A DNA stretch of 63,810 bases, the filler included, from Octopus bimaculoides (taxonomy: Eukaryota), in the NCBI RefSeq assembly GCF_001194135.2. It is 6 parts of 5 records of this genome, joined end to end, with 100 filler letters (N's around TTAATTAATTAA, not from the genome) between each part and the next. Parts side by side here need not be neighbours in the genome. Positions count along the whole stretch, not along the records: positions 9,741 to 20,955 come from NC_068986.1; positions 21,056 to 25,620 come from NC_068983.1; 4 more parts are not named here. The stretch is one strand, 5' to 3'. Positions 12,251 to 24,502 of the stretch are shown piece by piece. How positions within the stretch are numbered: the stretch's first letter is position 1; each line of letters opens with the position of its first letter. The translations under genes and the position numbers were made by a program. Under the pieces are notes generated by a model that was given only the letters and a program-made list of their open reading frames with translations, had not been told where the DNA came from and made no database searches.

Positions 12251-12260
12251 CAATTATATG

Positions 12261-12475
12261 TACAAAGGGGTGCTGAAAAGTTCCTGGCTTTAAGCATATC
12301 ATGAAAAGCCTGATTGGAAGCCCAAACGTCCAAGTGCTTTTACAAGATTTAGGAAAATTGAAGGACTGCTGCAATAAGTGTGTGTATTTGAGAGGGGAAT
12401 ATATTGAATAAAATCTTAATTAACCTTCCTGTATTTTCTTTTACCCAATACAAGGAACTTTCCAGCACCCACTAG
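12261..12475 (+). mobile_element. Mariner-derived MITE, copy 1
   Basis: TIR-like GGGGTGCTGAAAAGTTCCTGG ... GGAACTTTCCAGCACCC; internal LKDCCNKCVYLRGEYIE*. Confidence 0.8.
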
Positions 12476-12562
12476 CACATATTTAGAGGAGAAAATCATA
12501 CAAAACAATAAAATAAACAAAGTATATAAAGCAAATATGAAAAAAATAAGAATATTTCTTAC

Positions 12563-13633
12563 CTGCTGCCATTTTCTTCTGTATGGAATGTATCGATACA
12601 CAGTTTTTTTGGCAAATTTACCAGTTATTGTATATCTGGACTGTCCACCAGCAACATAGACTATATTGTCCAAGGTACAAGTTCCACACTCAATGAGAGG
12701 TACTGGGGTAGGTTCAATGGATTCATGACATTGAAGAATACTTAAATGTTCAGAATTGGCAATGACCTTATCAATGCAGTCTAATGCCACATAGCTAACA
12801 GCTGTTGACACACAACATCCTCCTATTCCACCATAGCGGAACACAGAATCAATAGGCTTACGGAATTTGTGTGGTGAAGTGTCCTTTTTATCACGCAGAT
12901 ACCGATGAGGAGATTTTTGAAACTGCCTAATACGGTTCTTTAATGTTTCTGAAGCATTTTTTGCATAAGGTAGTTTTTGAATGCAGCAATCAAGTCGCTC
13001 AACATGCATCAATTCTAATGCTGGAGCAAAGATCAAATCAACTGCTTTGTTTACGTCTGATATGTTAGGTTCATTGAAAACTAACCATTTAAAGATTAGC
13101 TCCATAATGTCTTTCTCTTCTGAAGCTTGTGGAAAGTTATCATGCATGAAGATTTCATTAAGATAATCTGCAGGAAGCTTTTTCAGCATTTTTGCTTTCC
13201 ATGACAGAGGTTTCATCACATATAGTTGGCAGAGAACCTGGAGTATTGCTTTTTTCAGAATTACAAGATTGAACTTTTGGACAAGTTCGTAAGCTTTAGC
13301 AAGCTTATCACAGTTTTCAATGGTAAGTTTTTTAGCCAAATCCAATTCGCACATCTGCATAGCATCACGCATGCATAAATAATCCAAAGTACTAAGAACA
13401 CTAGATGAATTTTCATAAGTAAGTACTGGGCCTGCATCTTTTGCCTTGTGCCCTACATAATCACGTATCCAACTGAGTTGTTCCAGTGACAAGTATTCAA
13501 ATTTTACCTGCAAACTCTTGCTCTCGGACATATGGCTGCGCAGCATTGCTGCGATGTATTCAGAGTGACGAGCAAGGGTGTCTGCATTGCAGCAAACAGA
13601 CTTACCGTCGGCACTAGTCAGTGTGACTTCCAT
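12563..13633 (-). CDS. BTB-BACK-Kelch (kelch-like, KLHL9/13/26-like) protein, large coding exon; partial gene
   Basis: 357 open codons. BTB (ADTLARHSEYIAAMLRSHMSES), BACK (LTIENC...AQKFNL-like, ELIFKWL) and first kelch repeat (VYVAGGQSRY...TVYRY...W). Acceptor ttttcag at 13677-13678, Kozak ACCATGG at 13633, phase-0 donor CAG|GTAAGA at 12562. Confidence 0.88.
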
Positions 13634-13929
13634 GGTTACATAGTCTATGTTGACAGGATGAAAATTTAACATTATGCTGAAAAACAAAGAAAACGAAAAT
13701 CAGTAACTGCAGTATCTTTAAATTTTGGGTGTGCTTTTTTTTAATTATTACAAAAAATTGATAACAATGGGGTATTTAAATACATACAAATATAAAATTA
13801 ATTAAGTTTCCATTGAATTCTACAATTTTCTTGTTCATATATATATATATATATTATTGTTGTCATCATCATTGTTTAATGTCTGCCTTCCAAATGATGA
13901 TGATGAAGATGATGATATATATACACACC

Positions 13930-14124
13930 ACGCCTGTGCTGGTATCACATAAAAAGCATTAAGTCCACTCTGCTGGGTGGTTGGTGTTAGGAAGGGCATC
14001 CAGCTGTAAAATTCCTACTAAAACAGTCACAGAAGTCTGATGCTGGCTTCTACCTGCCGACTCCTGTCAAACCATCCCACCCATGCCAGCATGGAAGGTG
14101 GATGTTAAACGATGATGATGATAA

Positions 14125-14125
<1 letters not shown>
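13930..14125 (+). mobile_element. RTE 3' UTR tail copy
   Basis: ttaggaagggcatccagctgta...ccatgccagcatggaaggtggatgttaaacgatgatg, same as 17030-17170. Confidence 0.7.
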
Positions 14126-14157
<32 letters not shown>

Positions 14158-15454
14158 NNNNNNNNNNNNNNNNNNNNNNNNNNNNNNNNNNNNNNNNNNN
14201 NNNNNNNNNNNNNNNNNNNNNNNNNNNNNNNNNNNNNNNNNNNNNNNNNNNNNNNNNNNNNNNNNNNNNNNNNNNNNNNNNNNNNNNNNNNNNNNNNNNN
14301 NNNNNNNNNNNNNNNNNNNNNNNNNNNNNNNNNNNNNNNNNNNNNNNNNNNNNNNNNNNNNNNNNNNNNNNNNNNNNNNNNNNNNNNNNNNNNNNNNNNN
14401 NNNNNNNNNNNNNNNNNNNNNNNNNNNNNNNNNNNNNNNNNNNNNNNNNNNNNNNNNNNNNNNNNNNNNNNNNNNNNNNNNNNNNNNNNNNNNNNNNNNN
14501 NNNNNNNNNNNNNNNNNNNNNNNNNNNNNNNNNNNNNNNNNNNNNNNNNNNNNNNNNNNNNNNNNNNNNNNNNNNNNNNNNNNNNNNNNNNNNNNNNNNN
14601 NNNNNNNNNNNNNNNNNNNNNNNNNNNNNNNNNNNNNNNNNNNNNNNNNNNNNNNNNNNNNNNNNNNNNNNNNNNNNNNNNNNNNNNNNNNNNNNNNNNA
14701 TATATATATATATATATATATACATACAAGTCTTCTCTTTTCTATATATATATATATATATTTATACTGTCACTTTTGGATTAGATGAAACTTGCCGAGG
14801 CAGAATTTTCTACATCCAAATACCCTTTCTGTTGCCAACCCTCACTAGTTTCCAAATAAGATATTTCCCCTTGTCCTTCAAACAACACTCAACTCAATTG
14901 TCAAACATGCTTTACTGATATTTTCTCCCAGCTTTACATTTCTCTCTCTCCCTCTCACTCTTCTTTTCAAGTCTGTCATCTTTTTCGCTCAGTCACTCTT
15001 CTTTCTCTTCCTCTCTCTTTCTTTTTCTCTGTCCAGGCCTCATTTTCTTTCTGCCTTTTCTCGTCTTTCTCTCAATTCTGTACCATATTTAAAACAGTAA
15101 CAGTAGTTTGATTTCCATTTCCAGTTTTTTTTTTCTCCTGATAAAATGGAAAATCCATCATCCCATTTAAATTAATTAGTTACACATATTAATTATGTAA
15201 TTATATAAATACTGATGTTTCACTACATCTCTTGTAAAAGCTGGAGAGAATAATGAAATGATGAATCATCTACCTTCTTAGTCTTCTAAATATGTAGCAC
15301 ACAACTATCATTTTAGCTAATTCTTTATATACAAATTCTTTCTACAAATATCTCTTAGATTGTAATATTCTAATAGTGTTTAATGATATGTTAGTTTTTT
15401 CAGGTGCTGAATAACATCACTCCTTCCCATGTTCCTGCCCACGTCCCTTTCCCA

Positions 15455-17172
15455 GTTTTCAGAGTTGGCACTATCAATGTACGCACATTGAAAGGTAGGT
15501 CTAGCGAGATTGTTGAAGCATGTTGATGTAAGGTGGAGAGAAGCTTCAGCCAGGTTCCTCACAGGCAAAACACATAGGTATAAGATCTTCTGGGAAGGTA
15601 ACAGTAAAGGGGTAGGTGGCCAGAGCATACTTCTTGCAGAGAAATGAGTGGATAAGGTCATAGAGGTAGCCGAAATGGGTCATAGAGTGCTTAAGCTTAG
15701 GACGGCAGCCTGGTATCTTCCATGGTGTGCATGGGAGCCATGGATTTGGCTCCTGAAACAAAGAGGGAAGAAGGCCACTGGAGTTCTGTGATGCAAATAA
15801 CCTTTTGATCTGCAACACAAACTTCAGAAAGTCAGCCAGCCATCTGATAACCTACCAATCAGGTATCTGTGTTAGCCAGATCGATTACATTCTCACCAAA
15901 CAGTGTGATGCATGGTTGCTCCTAAATACAAAGACCCTCCCTGGTGAAGAATGTACTCCCCAGCATAGACTAGTCATTAGTGACTTTAGACTCCAGGCCA
16001 GAAGGATGTTAAGAAGTAAACCAATCTGGAAAAGAAGGATTTGGAAGCTTAAGGACCCTTCATATTGTCAGAGATTTAGGGACATCATAATTGAGAAATT
16101 TGATGAAAGGGTGAAGGAGCTATAGACTCGTGACATAGAGGGCTACTGGGAATTCCTAAGGGACAGCTTGCTTAGTGCCAAAGACCAAATCTGTGACTGG
16201 TGCAAAGTCCCATCCAGAACTAGGGTAACATGATGGTGGAACAATGCAGTAGACAGGGCTATTAAAGCTAAGAAACAAGCCTGGAAGAATGGGAGTAGCA
16301 GGGTACTGTATCAGATTGCCAGAAGGGATGCAAAGAGACAAGTATATCTAGCCAAGGGAGAAGCAGAAAAGTGGAACATGGGCTGTGACAGCCTAGGACA
16401 TACATAGGCTTAAAAGAAATGAAACCAGTATGCTTTACTGGATGTGCAATGTCAGTGTGTATGTTCAACAGAGTGTAAGCATCTTGAGAGAAAAGTTAGA
16501 CATAAGAGGCATCAGATGTGCTGTGCAAGAGAGATGACTACATTGGTATGGTCATGTGATGTGTATGGACAAAGACAGCTGTGTAAAGAAGTGCCCATCT
16601 CTAACTGTGGAGGGAACCTGTGGTAGAGATAGACCCAGGAAGACATGGAACAAGGTGGTGAAGTATGATCTTTGAACTTCATAGAAGCAATGACTAGTGA
16701 CCGATACCGTTGGAAATGTGTTGTGCTTGAGAAGATCTGTCAAGCCAAATGCACCCATGCTGGTGACATGTAAAGAACACCTTTCAAGCATTGGGCTTCA
16801 TGGAGGTAAAGTGGCTGAGTTCCTTTCAAGTTTTGGGCCTCACGGAGGCAATGACCAAAACCTTTGGCATTATGTCATGCTTGTGAAGAAGACCCATCAA
16901 GCCAAGCAAAATCAGTTGTGGCAAATACTGGTGTCACGCAAATTGGCTCCCGTGCTGGTGGCACATAAAAGCACTCTGGTGTCACGCAAATGGCCTGTAA
17001 AAGCACCCATTACATTCTCGGAGTGATTGATGTTAGGAAGGGCATCCAGCTGTAGAAAACCATGCCAAATCAGACTGGAGTCTGGTGCAGCCTTCCAGCA
17101 TGCCAGCCCGGTTAAACCATCCAAACCATGCCAGCATGGACAATGGATGTTAAATGACGATGATGATGATGA
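15455..17172 (+). mobile_element. Internally deleted RTE-clade LINE (APE endonuclease, C-terminus, 3' UTR)
   Basis: RVGTINVRTLKGR; SQIDYIL...GEECTPQHRLVISDF; LHWYGHV...VEGTCGRDRPRKTW; no RT motifs seen; (GAT)n tail. Confidence 0.85.
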
Positions 17173-17248
17173 TGCTGAGCTCTTAACTACTATGGATATA
17201 TTTTATGTTTATTCTTCAATTCAGTACATATATACCCACTCACATGTG

Positions 17249-17467
17249 TATGAGTGGGTGCTGAAAAGTTCCTGACTTTAAGGGTATTATGAAAGGCCTG
17301 GTTAGAGGCCCAACCTCCCGAGTTCTTTGACAGGGCTTAGAAAAACTGAAGAACTGCTGCAATAACTGTGAGAATCTGAGAGCGGAATATGTTGAAAAAA
17401 GTCATAATTAACTGATCCTCCTGTATTTTCTTTTGCTTAAAGCCAGAAACTTTATGGCAGGCCCATA
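17249..17467 (+). mobile_element. Mariner-derived MITE, copy 2
   Basis: Same TIRs and internal sequence. Confidence 0.8.
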
Positions 17468-17902
17468 TATATATAAATACTTGCATTTATTGGTATCTGA
17501 GTGTTGGATACAGTTAAACCAAGTTCATTTAACACAGAGTGCTTTATTGACAGCTGCCTGGATTTAAGTGTCATCAGCAGCAAGTATTCACTAGCAACCA
17601 CACACTTCAACAAATTTAGCCTCTGACAATATAGAAAAACAGGAGTCCTGCAAATAGCTGGTAGGCTGAGTAAAAATCTCACATTAAGCAAGATATAGAG
17701 AATGCTATTTTGAATTAATACTACTTCTGTCACTAACTACTGATGATGCTCAAAGAAACAGGAATCTAAACTTAACAATTCCATCGCTGCTGCTTGATAC
17801 TTTTTGTCAGCTAGCGATATACTTCTACATTTTTTAGCACCATGTGTCTATACAAGATGCTTTCTCAAGATGAATATAGCAGTTTCCAGGCTTTCTATAT
17901 CA

Positions 17903-18102
17903 TACGAGGTGAGGTGGGGGCTGAAAAGTTCCTGGCTTTATGGATATCACAAAAGGCCGGGTTGGAGGCCGAATCTTTGGAGTTCCTTTACAAAGATTAG
18001 AATAACTGCAATAAGTGTGTGAATCTGAGAGGGGAATATGTTGAATTAAATCATAATTAACTGATCCTCCCAAAGCCAGAAACTTTTCAGTACCCCCTCA
18101 TA
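17903..18102 (+). mobile_element. Mariner-derived MITE, copy 3
   Basis: TACGAG...CTGAAAAGTTCCTGG to CCAGAAACTTTTCAGTACCCCCTCATA. Confidence 0.8.
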
Positions 18103-18121
18103 TATATGTTGGGTAAGATAT

Positions 18122-18510
18122 ACAAGCATGGCTGTGTGGTAAGAAGCTTGCTTCCCAACCAGATGGTTCTGGGCTCAGTTCCACAGCATGGCACCTTGGA
18201 CAAGTGTATTCTACTATAGCCTTGGGTCAACCATAGCTTTGTAAAAGAAGCTCGTCGTGTGTGCATGCATGTGTGTGCGCATGCATGCATGCGTGTGTGT
18301 GCATGTGTTTGTTGACCACTACCACTGGACAACTGGTGTTGGTATGTTTACATCCCCATAACTTAGCTGTTCGGCAAAAGAGTCTAACAGAATAAATACT
18401 AGGTTTCAAAAAAAATAAGTCCTGGGGTTGATTATTTTACTAAAAGATTCTTCAAGGTGGTGCCCCAGCATGGCCATAGTCTAATGACTGAAACAAGTAA
18501 AAGATATAAG
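18122..18510 (+). mobile_element. SINE family A
   Basis: Matches 3908-4296. Confidence 0.85.
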
Positions 18511-19272
18511 ATAAAAAGATTTATATGTATATATATANNNNNNNNNNNNNNNNNNNNNNNNNNNNNNNNNNNNNNNNNNNNNNNNNNNNNNNNNNNNNNN
18601 NNNNNNNNNNNNNNNNNNNNNNNNNNNNNNNNNNNNNNNNNNNNNNNNNNNNNNNNNNNNNNNNNNNNNNNNNNNNNNNNNNNNNNNNNNNNNNNNNNNN
18701 NNNNNNNNNNNNNNNNNNNNNNNNNNNNNNNNNNNNNNNNNNNNNNNNNNNNNNNNNNNNNNNNNNNNNNNNNNNNNNNNNNNNNNNNNNNNNNNNNNNN
18801 NNNNNNNNNNNNNNNNNNNNNNNNNNNNNNNNNNNNNNNNNNNNNNNNNNNNNNNNNNNNNNNNNNNNNNNNNNNNNNNNNNNNNNNNNNNNNNNNNNNN
18901 NNNNNNNNNNNNNNNNNNNNNNNNNNNNNNNNNNNNNNNNNNNNNNNNNNNNNNNNNNNNNNNNNNNNNNNNNNNNNNNNNNNNNNNNNNNNNNNNNNNN
19001 NNNNNNNNNNNNNNNNNNNNNNNNNNNNNNNNNNNNNNNNNNNNNNNNNNNNNNNNNNNNNNNNNNNNNNNNNNNNNNNNNNNNNTATATATATATATAT
19101 ATATATTTACAATATATAAGACATATATATTATAAACACACACATGCTTCTTCCAGTTTCTTTGTATTGAATTCACTCCTAAAGCTTTGATCATTTTCGG
19201 ACTATATAGTGAAGGCACTTGCCATGAAACTCAAGAATGGAACAAAGACAAATAAAAGGCTGGGCTTTAAGT

Positions 19273-19580
19273 CAGTGGTTCTCAACCATTTTTTTATTAT
19301 GGACCCCTTTGATTATTGTTTTAGTCTGGTGGACCCTGCTAGCCATTCAGTGTTTTAAAACTAGATTTCAAAATTCCTTTTTTTATTTTTCACACATTGT
19401 GTAGGTTGAAATATGTTAAACGTTAGAGATAAAATGTAGCTGTTTCTTGCAATATATACACTTAAAGCAAATTTTTTTCATGAACCTTTAATATACTGTA
19501 CCCCCAATTTGCTATTTTTCTTGCATGAACCCCAAAATCTTTTGCAGTCCCCAATCCCTCCAGGAGTCATCTGGATTACT
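19273..19580. mobile_element. Possible decayed hAT-type non-autonomous DNA transposon
   Basis: Starts CAGTGGTTCTCAACC; right TIR not clearly recovered. Confidence 0.35.
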
Positions 19581-20029
19581 GCTTTAAGCGCTTTAGAATT
19601 ATGTCCCTTAGATTAGTCCGTTTAGTCATTATCCTACATGACAGTATTTAGTTAACACCACAACCTTTTGTATATGTGATTGTAGTATGAAGTACAGTAT
19701 AGTGAGGCAAGAGGGATAGAGACGGTGGAGAGATACAGATGGGGGAGAGAGATACAGATGAAGAGGGGAGATGGACCTAAAGGCTAAAATGTGAAAAGAA
19801 GCCATAAAGGGATTACACTAGATAATGCATTTGATGTCTTAAAATGGCTTGAGGTGGGAGAAAAAAAATCAGCCACATTGTCAAAACATTAAAGCTTGCA
19901 ATATGTTGATAATAGAAAGAAAATTAAGTGCTAAAAATTACAACATTAACTGCTTGGATTTTATTCTCTCATACACCTAATGTAATATAAAATGGGACAG
20001 CTCTCGAGTGTATAGATCGTGTATCAAAC

Positions 20030-20690
20030 TCAACAATAATGTGATGATAAACACAATGGTTAATACAATTTTATATTTGTGAGACGAGGAATTTATATTA
20101 TGCATACTGCTTATATTAGTTGGGGTGGTATCCTCATCTTGATTGTTGAATTCACTACATTTCAGCTGTTGTACATGATACCTTCTTCAGGTGTCATGTG
20201 TTGAACTCAGTTCAGTTGTATCAGAATTTCAAACTTAACCCTTTATTTGATCCATAGAGGTACACTGTTCTCATTCCACTCTCTGCATTTTGTGACGATT
20301 TTTGCTTCAGTTAAGTTTTTGTGAATTAATTTAGTGCCTTGCCTTGGACTGAACTCAGAACCCTGCATTAACCAACATCTTTATCTACTACACCATGTCA
20401 GTAGGCAGTGACAGAGTGAATTTTAAGACATAAACCTAATGTCTACATAATCTATTATAGCAGTCTGCTCTTTTCTTTCTTAATTATTGCTTTCCATATT
20501 GTATTCATCTCTACACTTGGCTTGCTTAGGAGGTTGTTATGTCTTAGCATATGAGTTGCCTCCTTAAGTTTTCTAATTTTACAGAGGTGGTCTCTATTAC
20601 TTTGACTTCATCCCACTGTGGTTGGTTGTCTCCATTTTCCATACATGATTAGTTATACCTGACTTTTTAATATCCCCTTGAAAAGTCAGG
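20030..20690 (-). mobile_element. Penelope-like element 3' fragment: GIY-YIG endonuclease C-terminus plus decayed hammerhead
   Basis: Frameshifted peptides QGDIKKSGITNHVW / NGDNQPQWDEVKVIE / KEATHMLRHNNLLSKPSVEMNTIWKAII at 20460-20690. Hammerhead relic at 20153-20195; 20080-20200 is homologous to 33170-33280. Confidence 0.65.
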
Positions 20691-21127
20691 TATAGATTTG
20701 CTGGAAATATTATAGTGGTGATGAATACAAGAGTTACTGAGAGGGTGAGGGATACTAATAAGTACTGGGGTCAATACATTTGATTAAAAGCACCTTTAAG
20801 ATAGTGCCACAGCATGAGAAGAGCCCAAGGACTGGAACAAGTAAAAGATAAAAGAACACATTGAAAACAGAACCCTGATGTATAAATATAGCAGGAAACC
20901 AGGAAAATCTAGAGGATGAAAGTTCATAGTGATTCAGTGTAGACAGATATACTCTNNNNNNNNNNNNNNNNNNNNNNNNNNNNNNNNNNNNNNNNNNNNT
21001 TAATTAATTAANNNNNNNNNNNNNNNNNNNNNNNNNNNNNNNNNNNNNNNNNNNNGGAATATTGGGGTCGATGTAATCGACTTCATCCCTTCCCCAAAAT
21101 TCAAGTCCTATGCCTATAACAGAAAGG

Positions 21128-21219
<92 letters not shown>

Positions 21220-21220
<1 letters not shown>

Positions 21221-21740
21221 GTATGCATATGTTTAGCGTTTGCTTTATATTTGTACAAGTTGACTCCAAGTTTCACCCAGAGACCTCAAGAGACAAGTTA
21301 GAAGTTCAAGTTGGTGTTATGACTAGGGTACCATACATCTAGTTTTGCGTAAACCATCGTTCTTTAGAATGTGTGTCATAACGTAAGTAAATTAGAAGCT
21401 TGTTTTAAAAGTAATTTGATTCTAAGATGATAGTCTGATGTTAAGGTGGCAGTAAAACGTATTTGCTGTTAAATACATTAAAAAGTACTTTGACACTTTT
21501 TTCCCTATTAAAATACTCTTGAGATTACATAGACAATATTTTATGTAGGATATGGGCAGTTCCCATGAGCACTATTTTTTAAATTACTTCCATTTTTGGA
21601 TTTCCTGGTATCTGAGCTAGCTAGCAATCAACATCTTTTGCTATCATTCTTAGGGCACCCATGACAACGGGTATTGTTTTAGTCTTAAGGTTCCACATTT
21701 TGCCAATTTCTATTTCAAGATCTTTATGCCTGCTCAGCTT
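21220..21740 (-). mobile_element. R4/Dong-like RLE LINE 3' fragment flanked by (TAA)n
   Basis: KLSRHKDLEIEIGKMWNLKTKTIPVVMGAL...VLMGTAHILHKILSM*, then UTR; TAA tracts on both sides. Confidence 0.8.
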
Positions 21741-21755
21741 ATTATTATTATTATT

Positions 21756-21787
<32 letters not shown>

Positions 21788-21795
21788 TATTATTA

Positions 21796-21863
<68 letters not shown>

Positions 21864-21864
21864 G

Positions 21865-22382
21865 AGAGAGCAGTGCATGCCATCAAAGTGAGGCCCAGTA
21901 TACCCGTCATGATCACCTGTCTGATAAGGGTACACCAGGCACATGCATCACAACCATATGTGCTCGACATGGTGATCTCATATCAAGATAAACAGTGCAT
22001 GACCTCGCAGGTGGGGCCCAGTTAGAATTTTCTTCAGGTCGAGTAGCCCATCCGCTCAAAAACTCTCTGAATAAGGTTTGTTTAAGGAAGTTGAACAAAG
22101 CATCCATGTTTCCAAAGGTGAATTATTCAGACCCCAAAGAATTCCTCTCAACACATGGCTATGATGCTCCCCAACTACTTCTGCTCATGATCAGAGATGC
22201 ACATATCGTCAGCCACCAAGGGAATTGTCAACTGGTTAAAGTCAAACAACTGACAAGCAAATCTGTGGTATTGAGCAGAATATTTGCTGTAGCCCATCTT
22301 TTTATACCATGACAAAACAATGTACATGATAACACTTCCAATCAATTAAGGTCAGAAGCCATGAGAGCCACTGCATCAGGGC

Positions 22383-22385
<3 letters not shown>
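21865..22385 (-). mobile_element. About 520-bp non-coding interspersed element embedded in (TAA)n
   Basis: Second copy at 51762-52158 with the same junction to an (ATT)n tract; no tRNA head or coding motif seen. Confidence 0.75.
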
Positions 22386-22451
<66 letters not shown>

Positions 22452-22469
22452 CATTATTATTGTCATTAT

Positions 22470-22730
22470 TTACGACGCCGCACAGTATCCATGTCGTGAT
22501 GTTGTTGATTGAAGATATTGTGTCTACCGGAGGTTTGTACTGTCTGTCAAGTTACAACAAGAACCCCAGGCAGACAGTACTTTATGTAATATGTGTGCAG
22601 TTGCAAGTGATCTTGATTTTTACAATACACCTAGATTGTAGGCTATTTCTAAAGCTTCCAAATGTTTCTTCAGGTTGGGTGGTATTGAACGCAATGCGCC
22701 GATGACAATAGGAACAACCTTTATGTTTGA
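22470..22730 (-). mobile_element. RLE LINE 3' end (another R4/Dong-like family)
   Basis: IKVVPIVIGALRSIPPNLKKHLEAL...ATAHILHKVLSA*, ending in (TAA)n. Confidence 0.75.
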
Positions 22731-22932
22731 CTGTCGTAGATTGTGGTTTCGATTCCTGGACCGGGCGATGCGTTGTGTTCTTGAGCAAAACACTTCATTT
22801 CACGTTGATCCAGTCCACTCAGCAAAAATGAGTAACGCTGCGATGGACTGGCGTTCCGTCCAGCTGGAGAATACATACGCCATTGAAACCGGGAAACCGG
22901 GCCCATGAGCCTGGCTAGGCTTTAAAAGGGTG
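22730..22932 (+). mobile_element. SINE family E
   Basis: GTTTCGATTCCTGGACCGGGCGATG..CTTGAGCAAAACAC..AAAAATGAGTAAC; matches 37222-37430. Confidence 0.75.
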
Positions 22933-23810
22933 CATTTATTTATTATATATATATATGTATATATATGTACATTAATGGGTGTAAGAATATACAATTGTTT
23001 GGGTGTTGGTGTGTATTTTTTTAGCATGTTTACACTTCTGTGTATGTGCGTCTAAGTACGTAAAGCAATTGTCTTGTTTTCACTTCAGTTTACTGCGACA
23101 AAATGTATTTTGATGTCTTATGCCGTTTAAACCTTATCTGAAAGTAACTGTTGCTCAATACTATCATTTAATTTAATCTTTATATCTCCAACTGTCTGTT
23201 CTCTATTGAATTCATTTATATTACATTTTTTATACTTTTATATGTATTTTTTTTAGACATTTCCTAATTTATTTTCTTAATTTAGCTACTTTACTTCCTC
23301 TCCAATCTTTTCTCTATATTTTGTTGATATTTAGGATGGTCAATTCCCTAAACTTACATCAAACATCTTGATAGATACGATACAAAATATATTTATCATT
23401 TATATTTATTTTTAATGACCATCCCAAGCTAATTTTATCGGTGTTCGATACATTGTATATAACAAGGGAATATTTTGTAAGTATACTTAGAGTTGAAGCA
23501 TTGGTGTAACCCTGATCTGAGTGCAGACATATAAAATAATTTATCATAACCGAAATTATTATTACATGGTTAAGGCTGCAAAAAGGATGTAATCTTAAAG
23601 ATAACAAATCGTTAAATAAATATATTTTCCTCTCATATTTTCTAATTTTTGTATGGTTTATATACTCCTCATGAAATTATTTTTGAAAAATGCTAAACCG
23701 TTGTACTATACTTTGGAAATTTTCATCTGAAGCAGCTGGAGATACGATAGTTTGACCAAAAGAACAGGCTATTGCAAATATAAATAAATATTGAAAAAAG
23801 AAACGCATTT

Positions 23811-24152
23811 ACTCTTTTACTTGTTTCAGTCATTTGACTTTGGCCATGCTGGAGCACCGCCTTTAGTCGAGCAAATCGACCCCAAGACTTATTCTTTGTA
23901 AGCCTAGTACTTATTCTATCGGTCTCTTTTGCCGATCCATACACATATATATTTTGCCGAACCACACACATATATATATACATATATACGACGGGCTTCT
24001 TTCAGTTTCTGTCTACCAAATCCACTCACAAGGCTTTTGGTCAGCCCGAGGCTATAGTAGAAGATACTTGCCGAAGGTGCCACGCAGTGGGACTGAACAC
24101 AGAATCATGTGGTTGGAAAGCAAGTTACTTACCACGCAGCCACTCTTGTGCC
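23811..24152 (-). mobile_element. SINE family A (internal deletion)
   Basis: Reverse-complement match lacking part of the middle. Confidence 0.85.
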
Positions 24153-24254
24153 TACTCCTACGCATTTGGTCAAATTCCGACAATTTATCATAATAGCAAC
24201 GATATATAATCATGGAGAGCGAATTTAGGTGTTGATCCGTAGACTGGGAAAAAC

Positions 24255-24290
24255 CTGAACCGATTTTCGAATCGCATTCTCATCAGAGTC
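24255..24290 (-). ncRNA. Hammerhead-like motif (stem I weak)
   Basis: CTGATGA GAAT GCG ATTC GAAA ATCGGTT C; canonical core and 4-bp stem II, near-palindromic AATCGGTT. Confidence 0.4.
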
Positions 24291-24454
24291 GTCTACATCA
24301 GTTTGACCAATCACACAGAAGCAATCAGCCAATTTGTTTATATATGCAACGATTCTAGTAGCTACAGAAAACAGGAGCTACTAATTTGCATAAGTGTTAA
24401 CACAATAAAATGGTAACTGGCCTGTCAGCGGATATCTCAGTTCACGCACACGCA

Positions 24455-24492
<38 letters not shown>

Positions 24493-24502
24493 NNNNNNNN
24501 NN

